Positions 23,967-36,890 of a stretch of DNA of 64,000 nucleotides are shown here, in pieces. The notes beneath the pieces are model-generated. The model ran no database searches, was not told the DNA's origin, and saw only the letters and a program-made list of their open reading frames with translations. Each line of letters starts with the position of its first letter. Within the stretch, counting starts at the first letter, position 1. The position numbers were made by a program, and so were the translations under genes. The stretch comes from Convolutriloba macropyga (lineage: Eukaryota): assembly GCF_964194025.1 (NCBI RefSeq), contig NC_134469.1, positions 76,756,001 through 76,820,000 on the forward strand, written 5' to 3'.

Positions 23967-26900
23967 ATGTTTCAAGACCTACCAGAGAAACTGATCAAAG
24001 TTGAAGAGGGGGCTGATGATGCACCGGTATCAAGTGACCATAAATCCAAACATAGAACACCGGCTATCAGAAAATCGGAGTTCGATACTTTGGAATGTTT
24101 ACGGAACCAACTGACGTATTACTCGTCGAAGAAGGTGCTGACGGAGAGAGCTTTCGACGAGTTGCAAGATACGTTGACAGAAATCGGAGACTCAGTTTTA
24201 CAAGTTCATAAATTACAATCAGCTCAAATTTCTGCAGGAAGTGTTCTGGATCAAATCATACAAGACGCAAGAACAAGTGTTACCCGCCTTCAAGCTGAGA
24301 TCGATAATTACAAATTGCAGTTAAAGTCAAAAGATAGCTCTGGAGTAGATAGCTTATCGCCTGATAAAACACCTCACAAACTGGCAAACTCGTCGCCCCG
24401 GTCAATCAGTAGCATGTCTGTGGGCAGACGGAATGAAAAAGACTCAAAGTTAGAGGCTTTAGAATCAGAATTGAATCGATGCCAGGAACGAAATAAGATG
24501 GTACTAATTGAGGAATGGCAATTGCGTGAACAATACAACAGTCATTTGAGTAAGAACCATTTCTTCCAAGTAAACCCCATGTAATTCATACGAAAGAAAA
24601 ATCAAATGTAAGAAGACGCAGCAGAATATAAGCATTATAAAAAAGGCGATCATTTCCGATTCGTCAAATGAACTGAGCTTTTTTCTAAAAAGATAAATGT
24701 GACTGGTGCGAACAGGATACACAGCGTGAGACTACTGTACTAAGCATTTCTCTGGGTTTATACTGTGTGCCGTTTTTTCTTGAGCTTTAAATACGTTCAA
24801 TCTTAGCGTCGAGGGGACTAGGAAAATTTATTGAAATTTTTTTTGCGTTGAAAAGCTAAAGAAGCTCGAATAATAAGTAATTTTAGAGCAAACGAAATCA
24901 TTTGATTTGGCAGTGTGACCACTAAGAGTTTCAATACTTAATAGCACATTTTTTCATGAAGTTATTTGAAGAAATAAACTGCTAAAATTTACGTCTGTTT
25001 TGCAACTTTGAAATTTTTAGACCCGTCATAATCCTGCCAACTACGAATAAGATGAAAAAGTCTTCCTGTTAAGATGCTTTACACTCGTTACTGCCTCTAT
25101 TGGTTTTACTGGGACAGTTTCAAATGTCTGAAAATGAATGAACCAATCAACATAGTTTGATATGAATCCTCCCGAGGGTCAGAAATTATTAATTGCGCCC
25201 GAGAAAGTTTGAAGCAATTATTGTAAATGTGTGTGCTATGTGCTTTTGATGTAGAACAGTACAGAATTTGACTTCTTAAGTGACTTTTTCACGCTTGAGT
25301 TCTTGAGTTTTGAGTGATCTTTGTTGCTCCCCATCTTAAATAAAATTTAATTCTAATATAAAAGCGATTGTGTTCGACAAAGAAGCAGCACGATGGTACC
25401 ATAGTTGTTAAGATTCTGGACCGGCATCCTGGAGGTCAGCGGTTCGAAAACATGTGGGGGCGTTTTTTGCACACATAAAACTTCTCTAAGCTACACCTTT
25501 TATAAATTAATTTCCCCGCCTGTCGTTCGAGAGCAATTCATCCGACTTTAATTGGTTTGTTTAAATTTTTGTAGTTTTGCAACTTTGAAGCAAAAATAAA
25601 CTTTTTCATAAAAAAGAGACAGAAATGAGTTATCCTGCTTTGCTTCGGTGATTTTTTTATTGCTTGCAGCCTGATGGTTGTGCTGAAATTATGATAAAAT
25701 GACGTCCACTCCTCAGTTATCGTTGACCATTTTGAATAGCAAAATTAATTGGAATCTCAACACAACATTCATTTCGGTTGAAGCGTCAAGCAAGCAGTGT
25801 CTAAGATAGAATATGATATTTAACAAACATTTCGATGGGAATTTAGCGATGAAGTTGAAGTTCAATGTTAAGGCACTATCTGAAACAACTGCTAGAGTCT
25901 GACAATCGGCGTCAAAATGTCAGAATTACTGGAGTAGCTGAAAAGAACAGCACTACACACGATGGCAAGCTGATTTCAGAGCGAACTGAATCAACGATGA
26001 GAGCTGTTCCTCAGATATTGACGTGTTAAGAAGCAGGACTGCAGCTGAATGACATCTCAATAGCTCATCGCCTACCATCCAGACTTCATAGCTCAGCGAA
26101 ACTAATAACTTTACGTTTTTCGAGGCGTGTTGCAAAAATACAGCTGCTGAGAAGGAAGAACGAACTAACATCTATTCCTGAGTTGAGTCATTCGGATATC
26201 TCAAGACATTAAAAAAGCAAGACTCAATTTCCTTCAAATGATGCAACGCGATCAACGTATCAATTCTTGCTGGACCAAAGAAGGCACTTTTTATTACTTC
26301 TGGAAGGAAAATCATATGATATATAAGATAAATGGGCTATATCAGGGTGCTATTGATTTACAGTACTCTATGAATGATGTTAAAAGCTGCTTCGGCGAGG
26401 CAGCTGTTTTTTTACCCCATTAAACTAAAACTATGAACTCAAAGTAATTGAAAGCAATTTTTACACTGCTGTAAAGCGTGTGTCTGTCCTGCATGTTAAT
26501 GTGCGCGCCTTAAAGAAAAACTATTGGGAATTGGAAGCACTTGTAACAAGTTTTGAGTCTCCTTGGAGTTTTGTGTCTTACAGAGGCATGGCTCTCCGAC
26601 TCTGTGGAATATAAAACTACCTTGTTTGTGGGTATAAAGAATACAGCGTAAAAACTGCGCATCACTGGTGACGGTGTTATTATCCAGCTGCCTGACAATT
26701 TGACAATACTAAGAGAAATACAAAAAAATTTAAAGAAGCCTTGTTACTAGCAATTGAAATCAATAATTTTAGTTTTATGTCAATTACTCTGTTTATGTTG
26801 CTGATGTTTAGTTGAGTTTGTTGAGACGTTGGATGTTTTTTTGCAATTATTTACTGAGTCTAACGATCCCTTTGTAATTTGTGATGATATAATTATTGTC

Positions 26901-29900
26901 CTCCTTAAGGAAAATAAACTCACAAAGAATTGCAATGGCTGTATTGCAAGGAATTAGTTTGTAATAATTGATGCAATACCCACTTGAATTGAAAACTCTT
27001 ATGTCTTGATCATTTCTTTTTCAAAATTTTAACCAACCTCTATTTTCAGTTTTGGAGCACAATAATTTTATAGACCATAAGTCGATTCCTTTTAAATGGT
27101 ACTACGGTTGGGTGAATCATAAACTAACAAAAAAATAAAGAGACATAAGTTTTTTGAAATGCAATACAAAAATTCAAGAATTTTGCCATCATTTCTATAC
27201 GGAAATACAATTTTTGTTGGATTTAATAAACGGTGACCTTGAATCATCCTATGAGTTTTATGAAAATACTTCCCTGACAATGTTAAATAAATGTGCGCCA
27301 ATCAGAACTGACAGTGTGAAACAAAATAAGCAAATTCCTTAGTTATCAAACAGAATCAAGGACTTTAAGATAAAAAGAAACAGAGCACATCGAAATAGAA
27401 ATGGTCCCAACTAGAAACAGACTTCAATACTGTTAAATATATACCGGCAAAAGCTAATGCCCGATTAAGACCAAGCAAAACTTTTACGAGATAATTTCAA
27501 GACACATTTGAGACTCAATACAATTGTATAAATTATTAAACGATAAAAGCGTCAGTCTCAAACAACACTGACCTACCAGCGAATGAAAATGTTAAAGAAT
27601 TCAACATGCAATTTACGAATATCGGCCTCAAATTACGAGATTCAGAATATTGTTACAAATAAGGAATTAAAAACATTTGCGTCTGAAAGTCAGTCCATGT
27701 TTTTTATTGATGTCACAGATACAAAAATTTCTGATCCCATTATTTCGATTGATAACAAAAATAGCTCATGCGATGATTTCATAAGCAACGTGATAGCAAA
27801 GACGTTTAAGCAAGAACTATCAGCTCTCCTTGCTGCTCTTGTTAACCAGTCTTTCAAACAAGGTAAACTTCCTTCGATAATCGCGTACAAAAGGTTTCCC
27901 ATTGTTTGACGGCTGTAAATCAGATATCATTAATTATCGACCTATATCGTTAATGAAATAACAATACAATTTTCGGGAAGGCAATGTATGAAAGAGTTTA
28001 CAATTACTTCGAAAAATTTAGATTATTTAATTGCAAACAGAATGGATTTAGATCAAAGCACAGTACGATTAACGAGGTAGCTTGCAAAACCTAAAAATTT
28101 GATCAAACAATAAACGAGAAGTGGGAACTTTCTTTCTTGATTTGAAAAAGGCTTTTAACACCGTAGACAATGAAATTTTGTAACGTAATTTAGAATGTTT
28201 TGGAGTAAGAGGAACATGTTACAATGGGTTCAAGTCATATCTTGGTGATAGAAAACAACGGGACCCTTCTGCTTGTGCTCAATCAGATGGTCCAGGAGCG
28301 GTTGGCTTCACTAGTTGAATCCATAGGCTCATTCTACCGTGAGTAAAGGCAAGGTTGCTAAGGGAGTAAGTAGGGGCTCAGTCCTAAAATTTCGCCAGCC
28401 TAGTATTTGTTCCGATTTTTAAAGATTTTAAGTCGATAATTTAATTTAAGTAAAAATTATTGAACCTAGTACACCAGATATTTTTCTGATAACAGGTAGC
28501 AACCCATGATCGACGACAGAAAGAAGATATTTCTACAGCCCCATTTCATATATGCTATCTTCATGTTTAAATTTGTCAAATTAATTTTAATGTGATGTTT
28601 TGTTATTCATCAATCCTGGGCAGATCATTGTAGGCCATCTGGTCTTGTTATCTGTCCTCATCTGTCTTATCTTGTTAAATATTAAAAACTTCTTTTTAAA
28701 TGACTAAGCAGTAGAATGAAAAATATTCAAAGTGAATTATTGGCCATCAATTGTGCAAATTATTTTTTGATCTTAAATAAAGTAAATAAAAAATGGATGC
28801 TATTGACTGAAATTTATATAGCATTTAATGTTGATTTGATATTTTGTGCTTGTTTTTTTTGCGCTTCAATGGCCAATCATTTAGTAAATTTTTTAATTTT
28901 ATGATGAAACGTTATAAATATGCTCAATATACTGTTTAATTAGTGAAGGTTTTAATTTTGAACTGACAATTTGTGTTTGTTTTAAATGGAGGTGAGAAAC
29001 CTTTTGAATTGTTTAGAGGGTATCGAGAATCTAAAGCGTGCTGTTAGAGAGAGCGAAGAGATACACTCTGACTCTGTATTCGGAGGTCTATTCCAGGAGT
29101 GGCTTCAACTACGAGGCACAGAGAGTTTCCTCAAAGCGCAGAAAACCTTTCTGGACCAAGAGATAAAGGCACTGGAACTCAATAATGCAGTCAACCGTAA
29201 GTTGGGCTGATCTCCAAGTCGCTATTTTCAGATGCAATACGCTCTTAGATATTATCCATTTAACGAAAGTTAACATGCCGTTAGCGCACGTATTTTCGTT
29301 TTGAACAATCAAAATTTAACAAATTTTTGTAAAAGCCGCAAAACCAAATCAGTTTATCGAAGCCGTTCTTGACAATGAGAATTAAGATTTCTTTTTTTAA
29401 AAAAAAATCGTTTTAACACTTTTTGGATGCTACGTAGCTCAAGACCATACACTAGACGATCAGCTGACTATAGATTGCTCACCGAGCTTTCCTTTAAAAA
29501 GTTGATAGGTGCTCGGTTAAGTACAGAGCAAGGAAAATGTGCATTTCGAAAAAAAATGGTGTTATAAGACCCGAACTTAAACTTTTTTTTGCTCCGAACC
29601 AGTCTACTCCAAAACCTTGATCTCGTGAACTTTGTCTTTAGCGCCCAGGGGCATTAAGTGCTCTTAGAGCCTTTCAGCTCTGTTTCAGTTCAAACTGTTT
29701 TGGAGACTTATTCTTATGGTGTGAAGGGCGGTTCTTAGAGGTTGAAGACATCCCCACTGTTGACCCCCCACCACTGAGCTAATGCCCCCCACCGCAGTGA
29801 TGCCCCACAATCAACCCCCGGTGACCCCCCCTCCCGTGGCTAGCTACTGACGAACAACCGCTTGCTAAAAACGCAAATTTTTACTTTTGTCATTTTTTTT

Positions 29901-32221
29901 CAAGCTTTTTGAAAAATTTTTTGACATTTTTTGATTTTTATCAGCCCTAGGTGTCAAAGAACCTCCTCTAGGGTTCGATAATAGGTTACTGCATTGTTTC
30001 TAGTTGTACTGGAATGGTTTCAACATTTTAATATTACAAATTTTGTTAATTTTTTGACAAAACGTGCAATTTTCTCAAATTTTTTGACATTTTCCTTATT
30101 CAGGTCTTTCCAGACCCAATGGCCAGGAAACATCCTAAGGGGTTCGATAATAAGTTACTGACAAATTTTTAATGGCCATGGAATAGTTATTCAACTTTTT
30201 AATGCCTCTAGGGTTTAAAAGTAGGTTACTGCATAATTTCTAGATTAAATGGAATGTCTTGCAAGATTTTAACATCACGAATTTTAGCCTATTTTTGATA
30301 ATTTTTGCCATTTTTTTCCAATTTTTTGACATTTATAGTCATTATTCAGATTTTTTGAGCCTCAAGGGGCAGAAAACCTCCGTTAGGGTTTGACGATAAG
30401 TTACTGAAATATTTTTGTTGGCCATTCATTAATTTTCAGCTTTTTAATATCACAAGTTTTAGCAATTTTTTTTAAACAAAGCTTGCAATTTTTTGTCATT
30501 TTTTAGGTTTCTCTGGCCTCAAGAGCCACGGAACTTCCTCTAAGGTTTGATAATATATTACTGCATAGTTTATAGATTTAATGGAATGTTCTTCAAGGTT
30601 TTAATATCACTAATTTAAGCAATTTTTCAAAATATTGGCAATTTTTTCATGCTTTTGAATTTTTTCGGGCAACAGAGGCCCTGGGACCTCCTCCAAGAAT
30701 TGATAATAATCTGTTGCATAGTTTCTAGTGTTAATGGGATGGTGATCAAAATTTTTTATGACTCCAGTTTTAGCAATTTTTGGATAAAATTTAAACCTCA
30801 AAATTTCGGAAAATTTTCATGTTCCAAGTGTAAATTTTCATGAGCCTGTGGAACTATTTCAGGTTTGAAACAGGGATACCGGATAGTTTCTTGAGACAAT
30901 GAATTGGTTCCTAAGATGTTAATGTCTTGAATTTTAGCAAGATTTTGTTAAAATTTTCAAATTTTTCAAAAATTTTTCAATATTTTTTGTCCTTTTCTGA
31001 GTTTAACGACCATTGCTGGCCAACAAATTTTTTCAAGTCTTGCAGATGGGTTACTTGACAGTATCCCATCATTAACCCCCCTCTCTTGTTGATGCCGAAC
31101 TTCAGCTGCTGTTATGTAGCCTAATGTCGCAAATCGTAACAAATATATTAATCCTGTTTGTCGTTTATGCAATTTTTCGCTTGGCCGATTACGGGTTAGA
31201 GAGGTAGTGCCCTGAGGTCCCTAAACCGTGGCTAGCTGTTGACGAAGCCAACCGCTCGCCGGTCGTTTGAGAGCAATTCGCCCGACGTCAGTCGGTTATG
31301 TTTCTTGATTTCTACTGTTGATATATGAAATTTTGCCGTGTTTTTAAGTGTATTGTCCGTTATTTTATGGCTGAGCGAAGATAATTAAGTAATTACTTAA
31401 TTATCTTTCTAATTGATCGTCCATTGGTATCATATTGAAATTGATTTTTTTGCCGATTTAAAGTAGCAGTTATTGTTTTAGTGGTTGAGGTGCAGAAGTC
31501 AAACGACATTGCAGCTGAAATTGAGAATTTAGAGTTGACGGCTGTCAAAAACCAACAGAAGCTGCAACGTCTATTTGAAGAAGTGTACCAATCAAATCAA
31601 GCTATTGAAAAGTTACAGGAAGAAAATTTAGGTCTCATTTCACATAATTTGCTGCCATCCTTAGAGCTTGACGAGAATCTTGCAAAACTCCCGGCGCAAA
31701 TCAGCTCAGATTTAATTACACTTAGGAGTCCAAGTGCTGACGAGAGAACTGTGAACGCATTTTGCAACTCACTTGGTAGCTCTCAAAGAGACCGAGTCAA
31801 CTTCGAGTTCAGAGCGGAGATGAAGAAAGCAGTCGGAGTTGCTTCTGGATTGCGTGACTGTGATATGATTGCCGAACTTGAATCTCAATTTGCGACTGTT
31901 CTCTCAAATCAGAATCTTCTCAGCGCTACTAACGTCAAATCAGAATTCAATTACAAAGACAAGCTTGCTGAGTTATCGGTAGTTTGTGCGAAAGGGGAAA
32001 TGGATATAAATAACAGAATGAAGTTACTGGAGAGACGAAAAGACTCTGGTGTTAACGGTGATATCTTGAACCAGATTGAGCAGAGGTTGCTGGAAATGGA
32101 AGATGAGTGTGGCCAGTACCTGGTGCCCTGGGTTACAGTCGACGGGCTGTCTTTGAGGCAATATCGACAATTAGTTGAAGACAAGTTTAGTTACAACAAC
32201 AATAGTAGTAGTACTCGTTAG
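23967..32221 (+). CDS. Coiled-coil protein, ~492 aa, probable HAUS5/augmin subunit 5-like; exons 23967-24500, 28992-29196, 31482-32221
   Basis: Three helical/coiled-coil ORFs join with compatible phases (ATG|GTACTA..GGAG|GTG, phase 0; C|GTAAGT..TTTTAG|TG, phase 1; 1479 nt). C-terminal GQYLVPWVTVDGLSLRQY resembles the HAUS5/AUG5 C-terminal motif as I recall it. The gene model is well supported; the identity is moderate. Confidence 0.7.
25392..25465 (+). mobile_element. Degenerate tRNA-derived SINE head
   Basis: A-box-like GGTACCATAGTTGTTAAG followed ~35 nt later by B-box-like GGTTCGAAAAC; no clean cloverleaf. Confidence 0.5.
25880..28260 (+). mobile_element. Decayed, 3'-truncated LINE (ORF1, APE endonuclease, partial RT; CR1/L2-like) in intron 1 of the HAUS5-like gene
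   Basis: Manual translation: NRRQNVRITGV and DISIAHRL (ORF1); VSVLHVNVRAL..VLCLTEAWL (APE); INYRPISL, QNGFRSKHST, FLDLKKAFNTVD, GVRGTCYNGFKSYLGDRKQ (RT). Many stops and frameshifts. Confidence 0.88.
29830..31305 (+). mobile_element. Non-autonomous element with an internal degenerate tandem repeat and a 3' hairpin (Helentron/HINE-like)
   Basis: Direct repeat CCGTGGCTAGCT..TGACGAA..AACCGCT at ~29835 and ~31226. About 7 degenerate units containing GGGTT(C/T)GATAATA.GTTACTG between 29940 and 30900. Ends in a CCGAC-gtca-GTCGG hairpin followed by TTATGTTT. Confidence 0.55.
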
Positions 32222-32614
32222 AGGTGCTAAAATTGAACTGACGGTCAAACATTTGAAGCTGAAACCTTAGTTTGAAAAAAATTGCTTGTGGTTGTGAGAA
32301 AGCAGATGTGTATAAAATTTTATTGTGTGTTGTTCCTGATTGATCTTGTTTAAAGTTTTGATGTTTAATTTGTCCAGTTTTTTAGCTAGCCAGTAGGCAA
32401 AAGTTTGATTCTATTAGCAAGCGAAAGCTGGAACTAACGTCTTTCAATTGCACGATTTAATTCGGGAAAATTCGAAGCTTCCAAACAATAAGCTGATTTT
32501 TGATGTTTTCATTGACATAATGAACAACGATGTATAATTTATTGCCTTTCAGTTGAGTACTGAGCTGTAAGTGTCTTTGTGTTCAATTGCGTCCATTTTT
32601 GCCGTGTTATTGAG

Positions 32615-35600
32615 ATGGGCCGTTTTGACATTTCCCTGCTGAAGTACATGACTTCTGAGCAGTTCCGAGTGTTGACTGCGGTGGAGTTGGGCATGCGAAA
32701 CCACGATCTAGTTCCACACAGACTGGTGGCTGTCATTGCCAATCTCAGACACGGAGGAGCTCACAAGGTAAACCCCTCGAGTGTATTACGTCTATTATTC
32801 GGGTCTTTCCTATTTTAGCCCCCCCCCCCTCCATTACGGTATGTTTACCAAGATTTTTTTGGGTATACGTTTTATAACCACTAAGATGGGGGCAATAATT
32901 GGACAAACCCTAATATTATTCTTAAGACAGCGGTTGTGTTCACTGATCTATTTTTGTTAGATGTGTCCTTGCTTCAGGATGTTGAATGTTCAAATAGGTT
33001 TTATCTATTTTAGCTTTTTGTAGCGACTGGAAATTTTGGTCCTCGATTTTCAAAACCGTCCAATTTCAAGATTTGCATCTGCTATATTTGTTGATTAACT
33101 ATACTATGTATAGTTGGTTTCAGGTGCTGAGAGAATTGGCCAAGAACAGATTGGTGGCTTATGAGACGTGGAGGAGTGTCCAGGGTTACAGACTCACTAA
33201 TCTAGGCTACGACTTCCTGGCACTCAGATCCCTGGCGTCCAAAGGAAGCCTCACCTCTGTTGGAAACCAGATTGGAGTGGGAAAAGAATCCGATATCTAC
33301 CTGGCCTTAGATGGCAATGGTAAGTTGGATGTATTATGGATGTATTCTTGTTCCTGGAGCTTGCGTTGGAAATCTTTTTGCTTCCCCGGTAGATTATTGT
33401 TACAACCCTATAAAGCTATATGTTTACACATGCATACATACACCTTGTAATGGCTAGTCATTACTCTTATGAGTATATAAACACCGTTTTCGTTGTTTAA
33501 ACGGTCGCTATTTTGTTCATGCAGGCTTATGAAGACAAAAATTTTGTTCACGAAGGAGGAAACAGCCTTCTGTTTCGTTTCTGCTCATTGCAAACGTCGG
33601 ATAGTTAGAGTGCCGAATAACTTTTGGATGAAGAATTTGTTCGAATCATCAAATTAGTGGCCAACTAACACTTAATGTCACACTTAATATTAGGCATCTT
33701 TATAATTTAGGCATCTATAATTAGCGGTTTCCGAATCAAATGTTAATGAACTTTCCAAATTTGTAATGGATAAAATCAATAAACAGCGCATGCAAGCGTT
33801 TTGTAATAATTCTTTGAACTGAAGACGTGTGACCGGAATACGAGAAAAAAATCTGTTATTTCGTTGCCTCAATCTGTATAGAACCTTGCCTCAAAACATT
33901 AATAGAAATGCGGGTAATCCGACTACGGTGTCAACATTCAGAGCTTGATAAGGCACCGAGAATCAAAATTACAGTGTTTTGTCATGAAATCTAATCTTGT
34001 ATGTTTTTAAACGGGGAGCTTACGAAGTTTGCTTTCCAATTTTAAATAACTTCAATAATTCCTTTGAAATACATTTGAACAGATTCTGTGTTATTGTTGA
34101 TGCTAAACTTGAGGCAATCAGGTCAATGTTTTTTCTAGTACAATAACCTGCGTAGTTAGAAATAGCTAAATAGCTTCTTTCCTTCAAGGTGAGGAGTGCG
34201 TTGTGAAGTTCCATCGGTTGGGTAGGACCTCATTCAGGAAGGTGAGGGAAAAACGGGACTACCAGAAACGCGGGCGAAAGGTCAACTGGATCTACCTCTC
34301 CAGACTGGCAGCTGTAAAAGAGTTCGCTTTCATGTCCGCTCTGTCCAAGAACGAGTTCCCTGTCCCCAAACCCATTGACACCTGTAGACATGTAGTGGTC
34401 ATGGGGCTGTGCCCGGGATACGTCCTCAATCAGGTACTACTTTTAATCAAGAATCTTTCACTAGTTCAATGCGACTGCTGTCGATAAGCTCTTCCTACAC
34501 ATATCATTGGCACGGTGTTTGAAAACGTTTTTGAGCTTTCTAGAAATCGAACGGTTTAGAAGATCGCACACTTAGAAGATATCTGTAGATTTATGGAACT
34601 TTTTACTTTTTTCCTCTCAACTGTCTTGGCCATTTATAATTGATATTCATTTTTGCACCATGGTTATGTTTATAGAAATTGAAGTGACTAGTCCTCTAAT
34701 GATGCTATGCAAGCCATTATCTGAGTAGAAAAACGCTTCAAATAACATTTTTAATGAAATTAAATAAATGCGATGGCCGTGTTCATTTATGTATACGTGC
34801 TCGAGCCAAACAAAAAAACTGAATGCTTTATATCTGCTATGATTGTGAACCCGTACTGTATTTGCTGGAAAATTTGCAATAGCCAATTTGCTGAGCGGAA
34901 AACTTTCATTGAGTAGTTCAATTCAAACTTCATTTTGAAATGGACCTGCCAACCAAGTAAACTAAATCCTGGCCTCAATTTCGGACTTCTGATACTTTCG
35001 ACACAACGGCTTTTCAATCTTATGTGGTTGTAAATGTTTTATTTTTCAGGTGTATCAATTAGCTGATCCAGCCAGAGTGTTCACTGAATTGATGAACATC
35101 CTGATCAGACTGGCATCAGTCGGTCTTATTCACGGAGACTTCAACGAGTTCAATGTCATGCTCTCAGACGACTATCAAGTATCCGTGATTGACTTCCCTC
35201 AAATGATCTCCACTTCACATTTCAATGCAGACACCCTCTTTAACAGAGACAAAGATTGCGTGCTCACTTTTTTCAGCAGAAGATACGATTTCCAGCCAGA
35301 TGACTCGTTGCCCAGTTTGAAAGACATTGAGAAGATGAACAGTTTGGACGAAGATGTGAAAGCGAGTGGATTCACGGCTGACGTTGAAGACGACTGTAAC
35401 GAGTTTTTAATAGCCAATCAGAGGTCAGACAGTGAGTCGGATGAGGACCAATCGCACGATGAGGAGTCAGAAAAAGAGATTGATGAAAACGCAGAAAACA
35501 ATCATGTTGAACCCTCGAACTCAGATGCACAGCAGGAGTTCCTGGACTGCAGGAGTTCACACACTGAAGTTAGCAATGTTTCCAAAGCTGTTGACACCGA

Positions 35601-36045
35601 AACTTCCAATAGAATTAGTGATAAATCGAGCACACGGAACACGGTTAAAACCTCAGAATTGAGCGCCATTCCTCAAACCAACGAGCAACAGGAGCTCGAA
35701 GCTGAATTGGAACAGAACTACGAGCGAATGTACCCAACAAGTACTGAAAAAGCGCGAGATCTGAACGAAGAAGTGGGAAGAGATCTGATGTCCAGATTGA
35801 GATTGGACAGTGACGTGGGCTCTGTTGGTCAACAGTCAAATCGGTCCAAAGCTAGCACCGCGTACGTATCAACCACAATACCTCCAAGTGTCATTAAACA
35901 GAGACTACAAAGGCAAAGTGCAAAACAAGCCAAAAGAGATCAGTGCAGAAAAGCAGTGAAGCATGGAGAGGCTAGTCTGAAAACTAAAAAGAGACAAGAG
36001 ACTAGCGATGACATAAAAACCTCTATTTCTGCGGTTTGGTATTAA
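32615..36045 (+). CDS. RIOK2: RIO kinase 2 (40S maturation), ~529 aa, exons 32615-32767, 33124-33319, 34189-34433, 35050-36045
   Basis: FRVLTAVELGMRNHDLVP, GYRLTNLGYDFLAL, GNQIGVGKESDIY, KFHRLGRTSFR, WIYLSRLAAVKEFAFM, GLIHGDFNEFN, IDFPQM, and an acidic/basic tail. All introns are GT-AG and phase-compatible (1590 nt). Confidence 0.97.
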
Positions 36046-36890
36046 TATTTATTTGGCTCTGCTCCGAATTCACGACGATGATGATAAAGATGATTTTTAA
36101 ATTAAGTGCTGAGGAATGAAGTGAAATCTTTTGTTCTTTAGATTGTGTCTATAATGGTTGCAGGTTCTATGTGACTTGCATATTTTTGACGGTTTTCAAT
36201 GTAAATTTCTCGCATAATCTGCAATCAAAGATTTGTCCTAAAATTGTCAAATTTTTGTGGCATTCTAAGCTCCTCGGTAATTTTTGCGTTGACTTTCTGA
36301 ACTACGTTTGCTCTCTGGTTGGTTTCGTTTATTGCTGATATCCGTTCTTCTCTATCCATCTAGGCTATATTAAACGGATTCAACAAATTATTTTACAAAA
36401 AATTTGTAATAGTTTTACGGTAAAAAAGTGTTTTATTAATTGAAGGCCAATTATAAAAAATGCATTAAATACAACTTACGCCTTTTTGAGAGATCACAGG
36501 CAGATAACCTTTTAAGTCATGTAACCTTTATTGAGCAATTATATGAATTTTTGGAGTTTGTTGCTCAACGTATGCTAAATCGAAACTCAACAACAACGAA
36601 TATATGGATTTTGCTAACGATTTTTCACGAGCAATCGCTCAGCCAGCAAAGAATACAGAAAAGTATATACAAGAAATTAACAACTGAGGGACATGGATTT
36701 TACTAACAAAACAAACAAAATGAAATTGAACGGCAATCCAAAACTCTAAACAAAACATATTTGAGCATTGCCGTCATAAATTATTTAACTCGATCAACCT
36801 ATTACCTCGTGCAGCACATTTAACTTTCTTTTACAGGCAACCATTTTTTTGTACGTCCCAAGCTCATTCTATTTACAACCATCTTTTTTA

